Assembly (NCBI GenBank): GCA_951406725.2
Contig: OX597828.1
Span: forward strand, 59,768,001-59,832,000
DNA: 64,000 nucleotides
Direction of reading: 5' to 3'
From: Octopus vulgaris
Lineage: Eukaryota
Both the position numbers and the translations under genes were made by a program. The notes beneath the pieces were generated by a model. It worked only from the letters and a program-made list of their open reading frames with translations, was not told the DNA's origin and did no database searches. Each line of letters begins with the position of its first letter. Within the stretch, counting starts at the first letter, position 1. Shown one piece after another: positions 12,640-25,800 of this stretch.

Positions 12640-14838
12640 TATAAAAGTACGTAGTCGCACACATCTAACCCTAACCCAGTTTCATCTCCCTTTGGCATTT
12701 AAACTTAAATATAAAAATGAATCTCAAACCAAGGAAAGTAACTCCCTCTACATCTCTTACTTGACAAGAGTTACATCCGTTGATTGATACTAATATAATT
12801 TAACATTAAGATACGTAAATAGTGTTTGAATAATAATAGGCTGGAATGGATTAGGGTTAGATTTAGGTTTAGAAGACAATTGGACAAGATGCGAGGCAGT
12901 GGGAATGAAACTGAAACCATGTGGTTCGTAGGCAAACTACTTACCACATAGCCATTCCTGCGCCGATATTCATATATACGACGGGCTTCTTTCAGTTTCC
13001 CTCTACCAGCCCTACTCAGAATACGGTCGACCCGGGGGTATAGTTGAATACACTTGCCGAAGGTGCCACGCTGTTGGATTGAACCCAGCACATTGAGGTT
13101 GGTGAGCAAACACTCTCACACATGCGCGAGCGCAAACAGACACAGAGATGAAAGCACACATATTGGCTGACCCAGACACACATAAAATTTCTTCAGAGTG
13201 TCACGGTTTTAAAGTCAACTTATTGAAAACATAAAATAGCTTTGCATGTATCTATGTGCATGAGTGCGGAAGAGTGGGTATTTGTGCGTGTGTGAGCACA
13301 GTCCACACATACCCAAGGTTGTCGCATCGGCTAATGTGACCCACATGCGAAAGTCTGTTTTACCCAGACATACACATACAGATATACGTGTATATACCGA
13401 CGCACGTATATGTAGTGTCTAAAACAAAAAAACTGTAAGGGATGGAACGGGAGTTCTTTCCGTTTTATTAAGAAAACTTGCATCTGTATGTGTGATAGTA
13501 CGTGCGTGCATTCTCGTGTGCCCTTCCAGTGCGAACACACACACACACACACACACATTTAAACATATATACGATGGTATTTTTTCAGTTTCCTTCCTTT
13601 CATTTCAGTGTTTGTGTGTGTGTGTGAGAGGCTTTTTTTTCTGTGTGCGCGAGTGTGTGAGCGACTGAGTGTTTCTATTTGTTTGTGTGTGTGCGACACT
13701 TACAAATGCGAGAAGCACTTTGACCATTTGTAAGATACCCACATTTGAGATCACTAACTACTAAATCAAAATAAGTTCAATTTATTGCACCTTTAGTGAC
13801 TTGAGATGTTGCTCATATTTTTCCCATGTGTCGACAATGTATTAATTTCACAAGTGGATAAAAGAAATTCTCATACTGGCGTGGAGGGGGCTGATATTCT
13901 AACTGCGAGTTCAAAGCACCCAATGCCCCTTTACATTCTGAATAAATTGTATGTTTGTGCTAGTTAGGGTTAGGGTTTTATGTGTGAGTGTGTAACTGCG
14001 TTTTCATTTCTGTGTGTGGGTGCGTATATTTGTGTGTGTCTGTGTTTGTGCATGTGTAGGTATGTAACTGTTTTCATTTCTGTGTTTGTCCAAGAAATAG
14101 CTGTGTATTTTCATTTGTGTGTTTGTCTTTGTGCGTATGTGAGTGTTTTTGTGAGAATTTTTTTTTCAGTGTTTGTGTGCGTGGGACTTTTTATATGTGT
14201 GTGTTGGTATTTTCATTTCAGTGTTTTTGTTTGTGTGAATGTTTTTATTTTTGTGTGTACGTGTGTGTGAGCGACTGTGTTTTTATTCGTTTGTGTGTGT
14301 GCGACAATTACAGCTACAACAAACACTTTAAGCATCTCAAAGATACCCACATTTGCAGATCCCTAAGTTCTAAATGAAAAGAAGTTCAATTTATTGCACC
14401 TTTAGCGACTTCAGATTTGCGAGTGTTAAGCACCCAATGCCTCCCGTATCTACATACCTGTATTGGCCATAATTGGCCTCATTCGGATATCTCTCGGGTG
14501 TGGAATATTTATAACTATAGAAGTTAACTTGTTACAGGTTTTGTTTATGGCTTAACTTTTGTAGATTTTGGGAAGTTCATAGATGTTACTAGCTTTGTAG
14601 TGAAATCTAGTCAAGCAATTTGTCTCCTTTTTTGTTAAATCCTGTTGGAACTGGTGGATCAGAGTAGACAGTTTGGTCATTACCTTCGAACGACTGTAGC
14701 TGTTGATGTTTTTACCGATACAGGTGTGTTTTACTCCCTGTATTTTAGCGGTTCGGCAAAAGAGAACAAGTTAGAATATATACTAGGCTTACAAAGAAGT
14801 GCTGCGGACGATGTGATCGACTGAAGGCGGCGCTCCAG

Positions 14839-14875
<37 letters not shown>

Positions 14876-15860
14876 TTACAGATATACGTGTATATACCCA
14901 CATACGCATATATACTATATAAAACAAAAAAGAAACTTGATTATGTCATTATTACTTTATTACAGATATTACAACATGAAGCGTATTATATGACGTAGAT
15001 AAAAGTCCTAGTGTCGATTTGCTCAAGAAAAGGATGTGCTCCAGCATAGGCACAGTGAAATGACTAAACCAAGAAAAGAGTAAAAGTAAATGTAAGGGAA
15101 GTAACTGTGGAAGATTTTTTCGTCATCTCCCTTTCTAGAGTTACTCCCCCTGCATATTATTAGTTAGTAAATTATAATATGCGAGGTAAGTAACTCTACA
15201 AAGTAAGATAACTCCAAAATCTTCCAGAGTTACTTCCTTCACATATATTGATAATTGCTAAATATGCTAGCCAAGGGAAGTAACTCTAGAAAGGGAGATA
15301 ATTACAAAATTTCCAGAGTTACTTCCCTTACATGTATCAGTGTTTGTGTACGTGAAACTGTTTTTATTTGTGTGTGTGAGTGTCGGTAGTTTCATTTCAG
15401 TGTTTTTATTTCTGTGTGTATGTGTGTGTGAACCTATGTGCGTTTTTATTCGTTTGTGTGTGTGCGACATTTACAGCTACAACAAACACTTTAAGCATCT
15501 CCAAGATACCCACATTTGCAAATCACTAGCTGCTAAATAAAAAGACGTTCAATTTATTGCTACTTGAGGTTCACGATTGTTAAGCACCCAATGCTCCCCG
15601 TATCTACATACCTAGTACTGGCTTTGCAGTGAAATCTAGTCAACAATTTCTCTCCTTTTTTGTTAAATCGTGTTGGAACTGGTGGATAAGAGTGACAGTT
15701 TGGTCATTATCTTCGATTGACTGTAGTTGTTGATGTTTTAACCGATGTTTTACTCCCTGTATTTTAGCAGTTCGGCAAAAGAGAACAAGTTAGAATAAAT
15801 ACTAGGCTTACAACGAATAAGTGCTGCGGACGATGTGCTCGACTAAAGGCGACGCTCCAG

Positions 15861-15906
<46 letters not shown>

Positions 15907-16570
15907 ATATATATTTACATAGATATAGGTGTATATACCTACATACGCATATATACTATCTAAAACAAAAAAGAAACTTGATTATGTCATTATTACTTTA
16001 TTACATATATTACTTTCTTACAGATATTACAACATGAAACGTATTATATGACGTTAGGGAAGTAACTCAAGGAGATATTTTCTATCTCCCTAGTGAACAG
16101 GTCATAGACTTTTCTCGTTATTTACTCTTTTACTCTCATTTACTTGTTTCAGTCATTTGACTGAGGCCATGTTGCAGCACCACCTTCAGTCGAGCATATC
16201 GACCCCAGGACTTATTCCTTGTAGGCCTAGTACTTATTCTATCAGTCTCCTACGCTGAACCTCTAAGTTATGGGGACGTAAACAGACTAGCATCCGTTGT
16301 GTAGCAATGTTTGGGGACAAAGAGACACGCACACACATATAAACATATATATGACTGGAGTTTTCCAGTTTCCTTCCACCAAATCCAATCACAAGGCTTT
16401 GGTCGGCTCGGGGCTATAGTAGATTTTTCAAACGATGCTGGTGTGTTTTCCTCCCTGTATTTCAGCGGCTCGGCAGAAAAGAATAAGTTAGAATAAATAC
16501 TAGGCTTAGAAAGAATAAGTGCTGCTGACGATGTGCTCGAAGAAGATAGATTGGTATATATATATATATA

Positions 16571-17202
16571 CTAGCAGTATCGCCCGGCGTTGCTTGGGTT
16601 TGTAAGGGAAATAACTATATAAGCATTTTTAGAGAGTTATAGCCAAAAATTAGCAAAAAATGCATTAAAAATGGAAAAAATATGATGGTAAATTTTTTTA
16701 AAAATCGTTGACTCATCGTAGACATTTTTAGAGAGTTACTTCCCTTATATAATAGTGAAAAAATGCATTAAAATGGAAAAATCTATGGTAAATTTTTTTT
16801 TAAATCGTAGACTCATGTAGACGCTTTCTTAGCCATTTCTGTTTTGGTGTCTTCAAGCCATGAAGTCGTTGTTCTAAAAGAATGCTGGTCTCCTTGACAA
16901 CGCATTACGACGTTGATTTCCTTACACTCCCTTCCCCACAGGTGCAGGTGTGAGCGTGGATGCCAACTCCGCCGCCATCGACACACGAAAAATTATGCAT
17001 TAAAATGGAATAAAAAATGTTAAATTATTTTAAAAATCGTAGACTCATCGTAGACGCGCGCTAATACTCAGACGGGCTCGATATGAATCACGACTATAAG
17101 CTACCCGAATTTGGTTAAACTGCACCGCAACATGTGGGAGTAGTTAGGAATCTAAATCGAAGGGGACAGACACTCACACAACTACAGTTTTATATATATA
17201 GA
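16571..17202 (-). mobile_element. Non-autonomous Helitron (~630 bp)
   Basis: The minus strand begins TCTATATATATAAAACTG and ends in a GC-rich hairpin (cccaagcaacgccggg) followed by CTAG. It is inserted between A and T within (TA)n, and a related copy lies at 56912. Confidence 0.8.
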
Positions 17203-17289
17203 TATACATAGCGCGGTAGTGGTGAGATATGACAGCAAAGAAAAGCATACATTCACTCTCTGCATGCAATTATACTCGGAAAGTTCGTG

Positions 17290-17810
17290 AGGAACCCATT
17301 GACCCAATTTGCTGACTTTTCCGATAGCGCACAGGTCTCAATGAATGGTTGAATGACCAAATCCAAGCTTCTCTGCTAGTTCCTCAATAGTTACGATGAG
17401 ATTTTGTTCCAGGGTTTTCAGGATGTCTTGTCGAGTTCTACAGATCTTTCAGGATGAGGCTCGTCTTCTAGGCTGTAGTTTATGGCTCGGAATTTCTGGA
17501 ACCACCATTGACACTGCCTTACGCTTATTGTCCAATCCCCATATACTGCATTAATATTTCTTGTACTTTCTGTTGCGTTGTTGTCTTTATTGAACTCATA
17601 AAGCAAAATATGCCAAATATACTCCTTTGTTACTTCCAACATAGCTTTGAAAAAAATAGCTGTTAAAATCGAAATGCACTCTTCAAAACTTGCACTATGA
17701 ATAAGGGCAAGATAAAATTACTACCTGCTTTTATAGCAAGTTAATATAAGTAGTTTATCCCATTCCCCTCTGACTTTTAGTTCAAGCTGTTGAAAAAACC
17801 GCATTATTAT
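17290..17810 (-). mobile_element. Mariner transposon 5' remnant (N-terminal HTH of transposase)
   Basis: Translation MLEVTKEYIWHILLYEFNKDNNATESTRNINAVYG...SVRQCQWWFQKFR...SLEDEPH is typical of the mariner DNA-binding domain. It is frameshifted downstream. Confidence 0.85.
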
Positions 17811-18636
17811 ATATATATACATACATATATATACACACACACTCTCTCTCTCTCACACACATGCACACATTTATATTCTGTTATTCTTTTATATGTTTCA
17901 GCCTTGAGGTTGTGGCCATGCTGGATCATGTGTGTGTGTGTGTGTCTATCTGTCTGTCTGTCTGTATGTATATATGTATATGTATGTGTGTGAACAATAA
18001 TATTTTCAACAGATGTGTTGCAAATGTATCTGATTGTTCTCAAGCTTCAATACTGTGTGTGTGTGTATGTGTGTGTGTATGTATGTATGTATATGTGTGT
18101 ATGTATGTATGTGTGTATGTATGTATGTGTGTATGTATGTATGAGTGTATGTTTACTTTATTACTAACACAAGCCACTACGGTTATTTAATGTAGTCTTC
18201 CTCAAATCACTCTCTCTCGCTATTTACTCTCTTCCAAGAACATTTTCACTCTCTCTTATCTATTAGCTTCCCATACATTTTACTCATGTATCTATCAGCG
18301 TCATAGACAGAAACAAATATTACATCACCATCGTCACCTCATTCTATTGTCTACCTGTCAACACACTGAATTACTTTCACTTTATTCGTAGCACACTGTT
18401 TGTGTGCGTTTGCGTGTGCTGTAAACCAGACTAAGAAAAGCATTTGACATACACACCAGAATGTGAGTTTTCTGTAAATTTTGCTTAATTGGAGTTTAAA
18501 TTTTAAAAACTGGACCTGGCATGACCCAATGCATTCTACTCTTGAAAATGCTAGGTAAATTGTAATTGAAGAAATCCTATATTTTAGATTTCTATAAGAT
18601 ACAAAGGGAGGCAGATAAAATCTGCCTTTTATAATA

Positions 18637-18670
<34 letters not shown>

Positions 18671-18793
18671 ATATGTCAGATATATATAAACTTAGATATT
18701 TTTCGACCAAAGATTGGTCCAGACCATGTCTAACTTAATTGCACCACCTGATAGGATTATTCGACTCCTGTTTAAGTCAAGTTTTGTTTAAGT

Positions 18794-20450
18794 CTAGTTT
18801 TGTTCAAGTAGTGAGTTCTTGTTGGGTGAGTTGTATCCAATTATGGGTGGCTTATCTGGTATTCTTTGAAGGAATCTATCCAGACTCTGTTTGAAGTTGA
18901 TGGGATCCTTTTCCTCTTTGATCTCTCTCCGGACAATGTTAAATAGGGCAGGGCCTGTTGAGGAAAAGAAATTATGTTGCAGTGTACATGTATGTTGTGA
19001 TCTTGAATTGGGCAGGGGACGTATAGCCCGTGGTCCAAGTCTTGGATGAACCTTGAAGCTAATGTTTAGGTCGTTTGGGCATAGTTGGCGGTATATTTTC
19101 CACATCGTACAAATGATGTACCGCTCACGGCGACGCTGGTGGGAGTAAAGTTTCAAGGCTTTAAGGCGATCCCAATAATTGAGAGCAGCCACGCCTTCAA
19201 TTCGTTTAGTGAATGCCCTCTGGGGTGACTCAATTCTGGAAATGTTTTGTCTTTTGTGAGGAGACCACAGTGGGCAGCAGTATTCAAGGTGTGGCCGTAC
19301 AAAGGAGGAAAAAAGTGGTATGATGACACCTTTTTCTCTGGACCGGAAAGTTCTTAAGATCCAGGAACTCATCCTACGAGCTATATCGACCTTGTCGATG
19401 TGTGCACTCCAACTGAGATCGTCATCAACAATTACACCCAGGTCTCTGATATTGTTAGAGGCTGTGAGCGGTTCCCCTGAAGGAAGAGAGTATGGTTGTT
19501 TTAGTGAGGAATTTCTTCCAAAATGCATCAGCTCAAATTTTCCCCTCGTTCAGTTGCATTTTGTTTGTCTGCCCATTGACTCACATCATATAGATCAGAC
19601 TGGAGTTGAGTTCGGTCTGCTTCTTCATTGACGATTTGCTGGAGCTTGGTGTCATCAGCAAATATTTTCACTTTGCAGTAATGTACGACACTGGAAAGGT
19701 CGTTTATGTAGATTATGAAGAGTAGCGGACCCAAGACAGTCCCCTGAGGGACACCGCTGGTGACTTTTGCTTGGCTTGAGTGGACTCCATCAACTACATG
19801 TTGTGTTTTATTCGCCAGGAAATACTTGATCTAGTGTAGAACATTTCCACTGATTCCAACATTTGCCAATTTTGAGAGTAGGATATTATGGTCGACCCTG
19901 TCGAACGCTTTACTGAAGTCAAGATATATGACATCAGAGTTCGAACCTGTTCCCAAGGCTTTGAGTACATCTTCAATGTGGTGTAAGAGCTATGTTAGAC
20001 AGTCCCTGCCACAGCGAAAGCCATGCTGATTTGCATTTAGGAGTTTCTGGGTCTCCAGGAAGTCAGCCATCCTTGATCTTAACACTCTTTCAAACACTTT
20101 GATGATGTGGGAGGTGAGTGAGATTGGGTGATAGTTGAATGCGAGGGATCTGTTTCCCTGTTTGAAAACCGGGATGACTGACTGGGATAGAAACTGTTTT
20201 GGTATATACCTGCATCTAACGAATTTTTCCAGAGGTTGGTCAGAGGGACTGCAAGTTGAAATCTACATTCCTTCAGGAGACTAGCGGGAAATCTATCAGG
20301 GCCTACAGCAGAGTAATGTTTGACCTCATTTATTGCTGCTACGATGTCGGTGGCAGTGAAGGTTATGTCTGCGATTTCATGTTGGGAGTCAACTTCGTTT
20401 GCTTCTCTTACGTCAATATCAGTGGGAACACGAAAGACAGCAGTATTGTT
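18794..20450 (-). pseudogene. Decayed CR1-like LINE RT, copy 1
   Basis: Broken ORFs contain GPDRFPASLLKEC, LGPLLFIIYINDL, FADDTKL, RPHLEYCCPLWSP and QRRRERY, with several frameshifts. Confidence 0.9.
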
Positions 20451-20749
20451 TCTGTAATATATATATATAGAGAAACATGTATATACGTATAGATATTTAT
20501 ATATATGTATATGTGTGTATGTTTTGGTGTCCCCAAAACCGCTTGAAACCAATGTCGGTGTTTTTTTACACTCCATTAACTTATCCGTTCGGGAAAAGAA
20601 GACCAATAGAATTAATACTAGACTGACGTAGATAAAAGTCCTAGTGTCGATTTGCTCTAGAAAAGGCTGTGCTCAAGCATTGGCACAGTGAAATGACTAA
20701 ACAAGGAAAAGAGTAAAAGTGTATGCTTTACGTCTGAATATTATATTGT

Positions 20750-21035
20750 AGAGTTAATTAGCTTCCATAATACATTTTGATAATAGTCGTAATGTAATAA
20801 AATGTTAGGGAGGTAACTTTTGAAGATCTCCCTTTCTAGAGTTACCCCCCTTGCATATTATTAATTAAATTATAATATGCGAGGTAAGTAACTCTTCGAA
20901 GGAAGATAACTCCAAAATCTTCCAGAGTTACCTCCCTTACATCTAATTAAATTACTATTATTAAATTAGAATATTCAAGGGAAATAGGTACAAAATTTTC
21001 CAGAGTTACTTCCCTTACATGTAATTACATTACGA
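20750..21035. repeat. Block of short inverted motifs (agagttac..ccc / ggg..gtaactct) immediately before the telomeric tract; also at 39240-39530, ~15090-15330, ~35370-35600 and ~5950-6140
   Basis: AGAGTTACYTCCCTT and its reverse complement recur in alternating orientation. Confidence 0.7.
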
Positions 21036-21092
21036 TTGGGGTTGTGGTTAGGGTCGGGGTCGGGGCTAGGGTTAGGGTTTGGGTTGGGGTTA
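21036..21092 (+). repeat. Short degenerate telomeric tract (TTAGGG/TTGGGG/TCGGGG)
   Basis: Sequence ttggggttgtggttagggtcggggtcggggctagggttagggtttgggttggggtta. Confidence 0.85.
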
Positions 21093-22835
21093 GCCTCGTT
21101 CACACATCATGCGTCCATACAAACACGCCTCGTTCACACATCATGCGTCCATACAAACACGCCTCGTTCACACATCATGCGTCCATACAAACACGCCTCG
21201 TTCACACATCATTCGTCCATACAAACAAGCCTCGTTCACACATCATGCGTCCATACATACACGTCTCGTTCACACATCATGCGTCCATACAAACAAGCCT
21301 CGTTCACACATGCGTCCATTCAAACGAGCCTCGTTCACACATGCGTTTATTCAAACGAGCCTCGTTCACACATGCGTTCATTCAAACGAGCCTCGTTCAC
21401 ACATCATGCGTTCATTCAAACGAACCTCGTTCACACATCATGCGTCCATACAAACAAGCCTCGTTCATCCATCATGCGTCCATACAAACAAGCCTCGTTC
21501 ACACATGCGTCCATACATGCAAGCCTCGTTCACACATCATGCGTCCATACAAACAAGCCTCGTTCACACATCAAGCGTCCATACAAACAAGCCTCGTTCA
21601 CACATCTTGCGTCCATACAAACAAGCCTCGTTCACACATGTGTCCATACACACAAGCCTCCTTCACACATCTTGCGTCCATACAAACAAGCCTCGTTCAC
21701 ACATCAAGCGTCCATACAAACAAGCCTCGTTCACACATCATGTGTCCATACACACAAGCCTCGTTCACAAATCATGCGTCCATACAAACAAGCCTCGTTC
21801 ACCCGTCATGCGTCCATACAAACAAGCCTCGTTCACCCGTCATGTGTCCATACAAACAAGCCTCGTTCACCCGTCATGCGTCCATACAAACAAGCCTCGT
21901 TCACCCGTCATGCGTCCATACAAACAAGCCTCATTCACCCATCATGCGTCCATACAAACAAGCCTCGTTCACCCATCATGCGTCCATACAAACAAGCCTC
22001 GTTCACCCATCATGCGTCCATACATACAAGCCTCGTTCACCCATCATGCGTCCATACAAACAAGCCTGGTTCACACATCAAGCGTCCATACAAACAAGCC
22101 TCGTTCACACATCATTCGTCCATACATACAAGCCCCGTTCACACATCATGCGTCCATACCAACATGCCTCGTTAACCCATCATGCGTCCATAAAAACAAG
22201 CCTCGTTCACACATCATGCGTCCATACAAACAAGCCTCGTTCACACATCTTGCGTCCATACAAACAAGCCTCGTTCACACATCATGCGTCCATACAAACA
22301 AGTCTGGTTCACACATCAAGCGTTCATACAAACAAGCCTCGTTCACCCATCATGCGTCCATACAAACAAGCCTCGTTCACCCATCATGCGTCCATACAAA
22401 CAAGCCTCGTTCACCCATCATGCGTCCATACAAACAAGCCTCGTTCACCCATCATGCGTCCATACAAACAAGCCTCGTTCAACCATCATGCGTCCATACA
22501 AACAAGCCTCGTTCACCCATCATGCGTCCATACAAACATGCCACGTTCACACATCATGCGTCCATACGCACATGCCTCGTTCATACATCATGCTTCCAAA
22601 CAAACAAGCCTCGTTCATCCATCATGCGTCCATACGCACATGCCTCGTTCATACATCATGCGTTCATACAAAAAGCCTCGTTCACACATGCGTCCATACA
22701 AACAAGCCTCGTTCACACATGCGTCCATACAAACAAGCCTCGTTTACACATCATGCGTCCATACAAACAAGCCTCGTTCACACATCATGCGTCCATACAC
22801 ACAAGCCTCGTCTACACATCATGCGTCCATACATA
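21093..22835 (+). repeat. 34-bp tandem satellite (gcctcgttcacacatcatgcgtccatacaaacaa), ~50 units, with a 31-bp variant lacking CAT
   Basis: Unit starts at 21093 and 21127 give a period of 34. Units are head-to-tail with no spacers. Confidence 0.95.
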
Positions 22836-22846
22836 GATATTCATAC

Positions 22847-25800
22847 ATTCAGGGACATGTAATTCAGGGGCAGGTAATTCAGGGGCATGTAATTCAGGCG
22901 AAGGTAATTCAAGGCAGGTAATCCAGGGGCAGGTAATTCAGAGGAATGTAAATCAGGGGCAGGTAATCCAGGTGCATGTATTTCAGGAACATGTAACTGA
23001 GGGTCAGGTAATTCAGGGGCATGTAATTAAGGGGCAGGTAACTCGGAGGAATGTAATTCAGGGGCAGGTAATTCAGGGACACGTAATTAAGGGGCATGTT
23101 CAGGTAATTAAGGGGCATGTAATTAAGGGGCATGTAATTCAGGGGCATGTAATTCAGGGGCATGTAATTCAGGGGCATGTAATTCATGGGTGGGTAATTC
23201 AGAGGAATGTAATTCAGGGGCATGTAATTTAGGGGAAGGTAATCCAGGGGTAATTCAGGGACAGGTAATTTATAGGAATGTCATTCATGGGCAGGTAATT
23301 CAGGGGCTTGTAGTTCAGGGTTAGGTAATCCAGGGTATGTAATTCAGGGGCAATCAATTCAGATGAAAGGTAATTCAGGGGCAGGTAATCTAGGTGCAGG
23401 TAATTCAGGGACATGTCATTCACGGGCAGGTAATTTAGGGGCTGGTAATTTAGGGATAGATAATTCAGAGGCATGTCATTCAGGGGCAGGTCATTCAGGT
23501 GCATGTAATTAAGAGGCATGTAATTGAGGGCCATGTAATTCAGGTGTTTGCAATTCAGGGGCAGGTAATTCAGATGCATGTAATTTAGGGGCAGGCACTT
23601 CAGGGGTATGTAATTCAGGTGTATGTTATTGAGGGGCAGGTAATTCAGGGGCAGGTAATTCACGGGCATGTAATTCAGGTGTATGTAATTCAGGGGCATG
23701 TAATTCATGGGCAGGTAATTCAGGGGTATGTAATTCAGGGGCATGTAATTCAGGGGCATGTAATTCAGGGGCATGTCATTCAGGGAAAGTAATTCAGGGG
23801 CATGTAATTCATGGGCTTGTAATTGAGGGGAAGGTAATCCAGGTGCAGGTGATTTAGAGGAATGTCATTCATTGGCAGGTAATCCAGGGGCAGGTAATTC
23901 AGAGGAATGTAATTCAGGGGAAGGTAATTCAGGGAGAGGTAATTTATAGGAATGTCATTCATGGGCAGGTAATTCAGGGTTAGGTAATCCAGGCGCATGT
24001 AATTCAGGGGCTTGTAATTCAGAGGAAAGGTTATTCAGGGGCAGATAATCTAGGTGCAGGTAATTCAGGGGTATGTAATTTAGGGATAGATAATTCAGAG
24101 GCAGGTCATTCAGGTGCATGTAATTAAGAGGCATGTAATTGAGGGGCAGGTAATTCAGGGCCATGTAATTCAGGTGTTTGTAATTCAGGGTCAGGTTATT
24201 CAGGTGTAGGTTATTCAGGGGCAGGTAATCCAGGGTTAAGTAATTCAGGGCCATGTAATTCAGGTGTTTGTAATTCAGAGGCAGGTAATTGAGGGGTATG
24301 TAATTCAGGGGCAGGTAATTCAGGTGCAGTTATTTCAGGGGCATGTAATTGAGGTGCAGGTAATTGATGGGCATGTAATTCAGTGGTAGGTAATTCAGGG
24401 AATTCATGGGTGGGTAATTCAGAGGAATGTAATTCAGGTGCATGTAATTCAGGGGTAATTTAGAGGGTTAAGTAATTAAGGGGCAGGTAATTCAGAGGGG
24501 TAATACAGGGACAGGTAATTTAGAGGAATGTCATTCAAGGTCAGGTAATTCAGGGGCAGGTAATTCAGGGGCATGTAATTCAGGGGCTTCTAATTCAGAG
24601 AAAAGGTTATCCAGGGGCAGGTAATCAAGGTGCAGGTAATTCAGGGGCAGGTAATTCAGAGGCATGTTATTCAGGGGCAGGTCATTCAGGTGCATGTAAT
24701 TAAGAGACATGTAATTGAGGGGCAGGTAATTCAGGGCCATGTAATTCAGGTATTTGCAATTCAGGGGCAGGTAATCCAGCGGCATGTAATTAAGGGGCAG
24801 GTAGTTCAGGGGCATGTAATTCATGGGCAGGTAATTGAAGGGCATGTAATTTAGGGGCAGGTAATTCAGGGGCATGTAATTCAGGTATATGTAATTCATG
24901 GGCAGGTAATTCAGGTGCATGTTAATCAGGGACTCAGGGTCATGTAATTCAGGGGCAGGTACTTCAGGTGTATGTAATTCAGGGGCATGTAATTCAGGGG
25001 CATGTCATTCAGGGAAGGTAATTCAGGGGCATGTAATTCGGGCATGTAATTCAGGGGCGGGTAATTGAGGGGAAAGTAATCCAGGTGCAGGTGATTTAGA
25101 GTAATGTCATTCATTGGCAGGTAATTCAGGGGTAGGTATTCAGAGGAATGTAATTCGAGGGAAGGTAATTCAGGGACAGGTAATTTATAGGAATGTCATT
25201 CATGGGCAGGTAATTCAGGGGCAGGTAATTCAGGGGTATGTAATTCAGGGGCATGTAATTCAGATGAAAGGTAATTCAGGGGCATGTAATTTAGGTGCAG
25301 GTATTTCAGGGGCAGGTAATTTAGGGATAGATAATTCAGAGGCACGTCATTGAGGGGCAGGTCATTCAGGTGCATGTAATTAAGAGGCATGTAATTGAGG
25401 GGCAGGTAATTCAGGTGTTTGTAATTCACGGGCAGGCAATTCAGATGCATGTAATTTAGGGGCAGGTACTTAGGGGTGTATGTAATTCAGAGGCATGTAA
25501 TTCAGGGGCATGTAATTTAGGGGCAGGTAATTCACGGGCATGTAATTCAGGTGTAATTCATGGGCAGGTAATTGAGGGGCAGGCAATTCAGGGGCATGTA
25601 ATTTAGGGGCAGGTAATTCACGGGCAGGTAATTCAGATGCATGTAATTTAGGAGCAGGTACTTAGGGGGGTATGTAATTCAGAGGCATGTAATTCATGGG
25701 CATGTCATTCAGGGGCATGTAATTTAGGGGCAGGCAATTCAGGGGCATGTAATTTAGGGGCAGGTAATTCATGGGCAGGTAATCCAGGGGCAGGTAATTC

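Larger units (their letters stand above)
3020..21035. repeat. Large composite repeat unit, copy 1 (mosaic of SINE/LINE/PLE-derived modules with internal duplications, e.g. ~5.9-9.1 kb vs ~10.1-13.6 kb)
   Basis: Near-identical spurious ORFs and sequence recur in the same overall order: 3639/28617, 8248/12771/31854, 9116/32714, 10560/33755, 16311/36620 and LINE 18794/37359. Confidence 0.85.

Noticed and set aside
21093-22835. CRISPR array (34-bp repeats)
   Set aside because: The units are contiguous with no unique spacers, there are no cas genes, and the context is eukaryotic.
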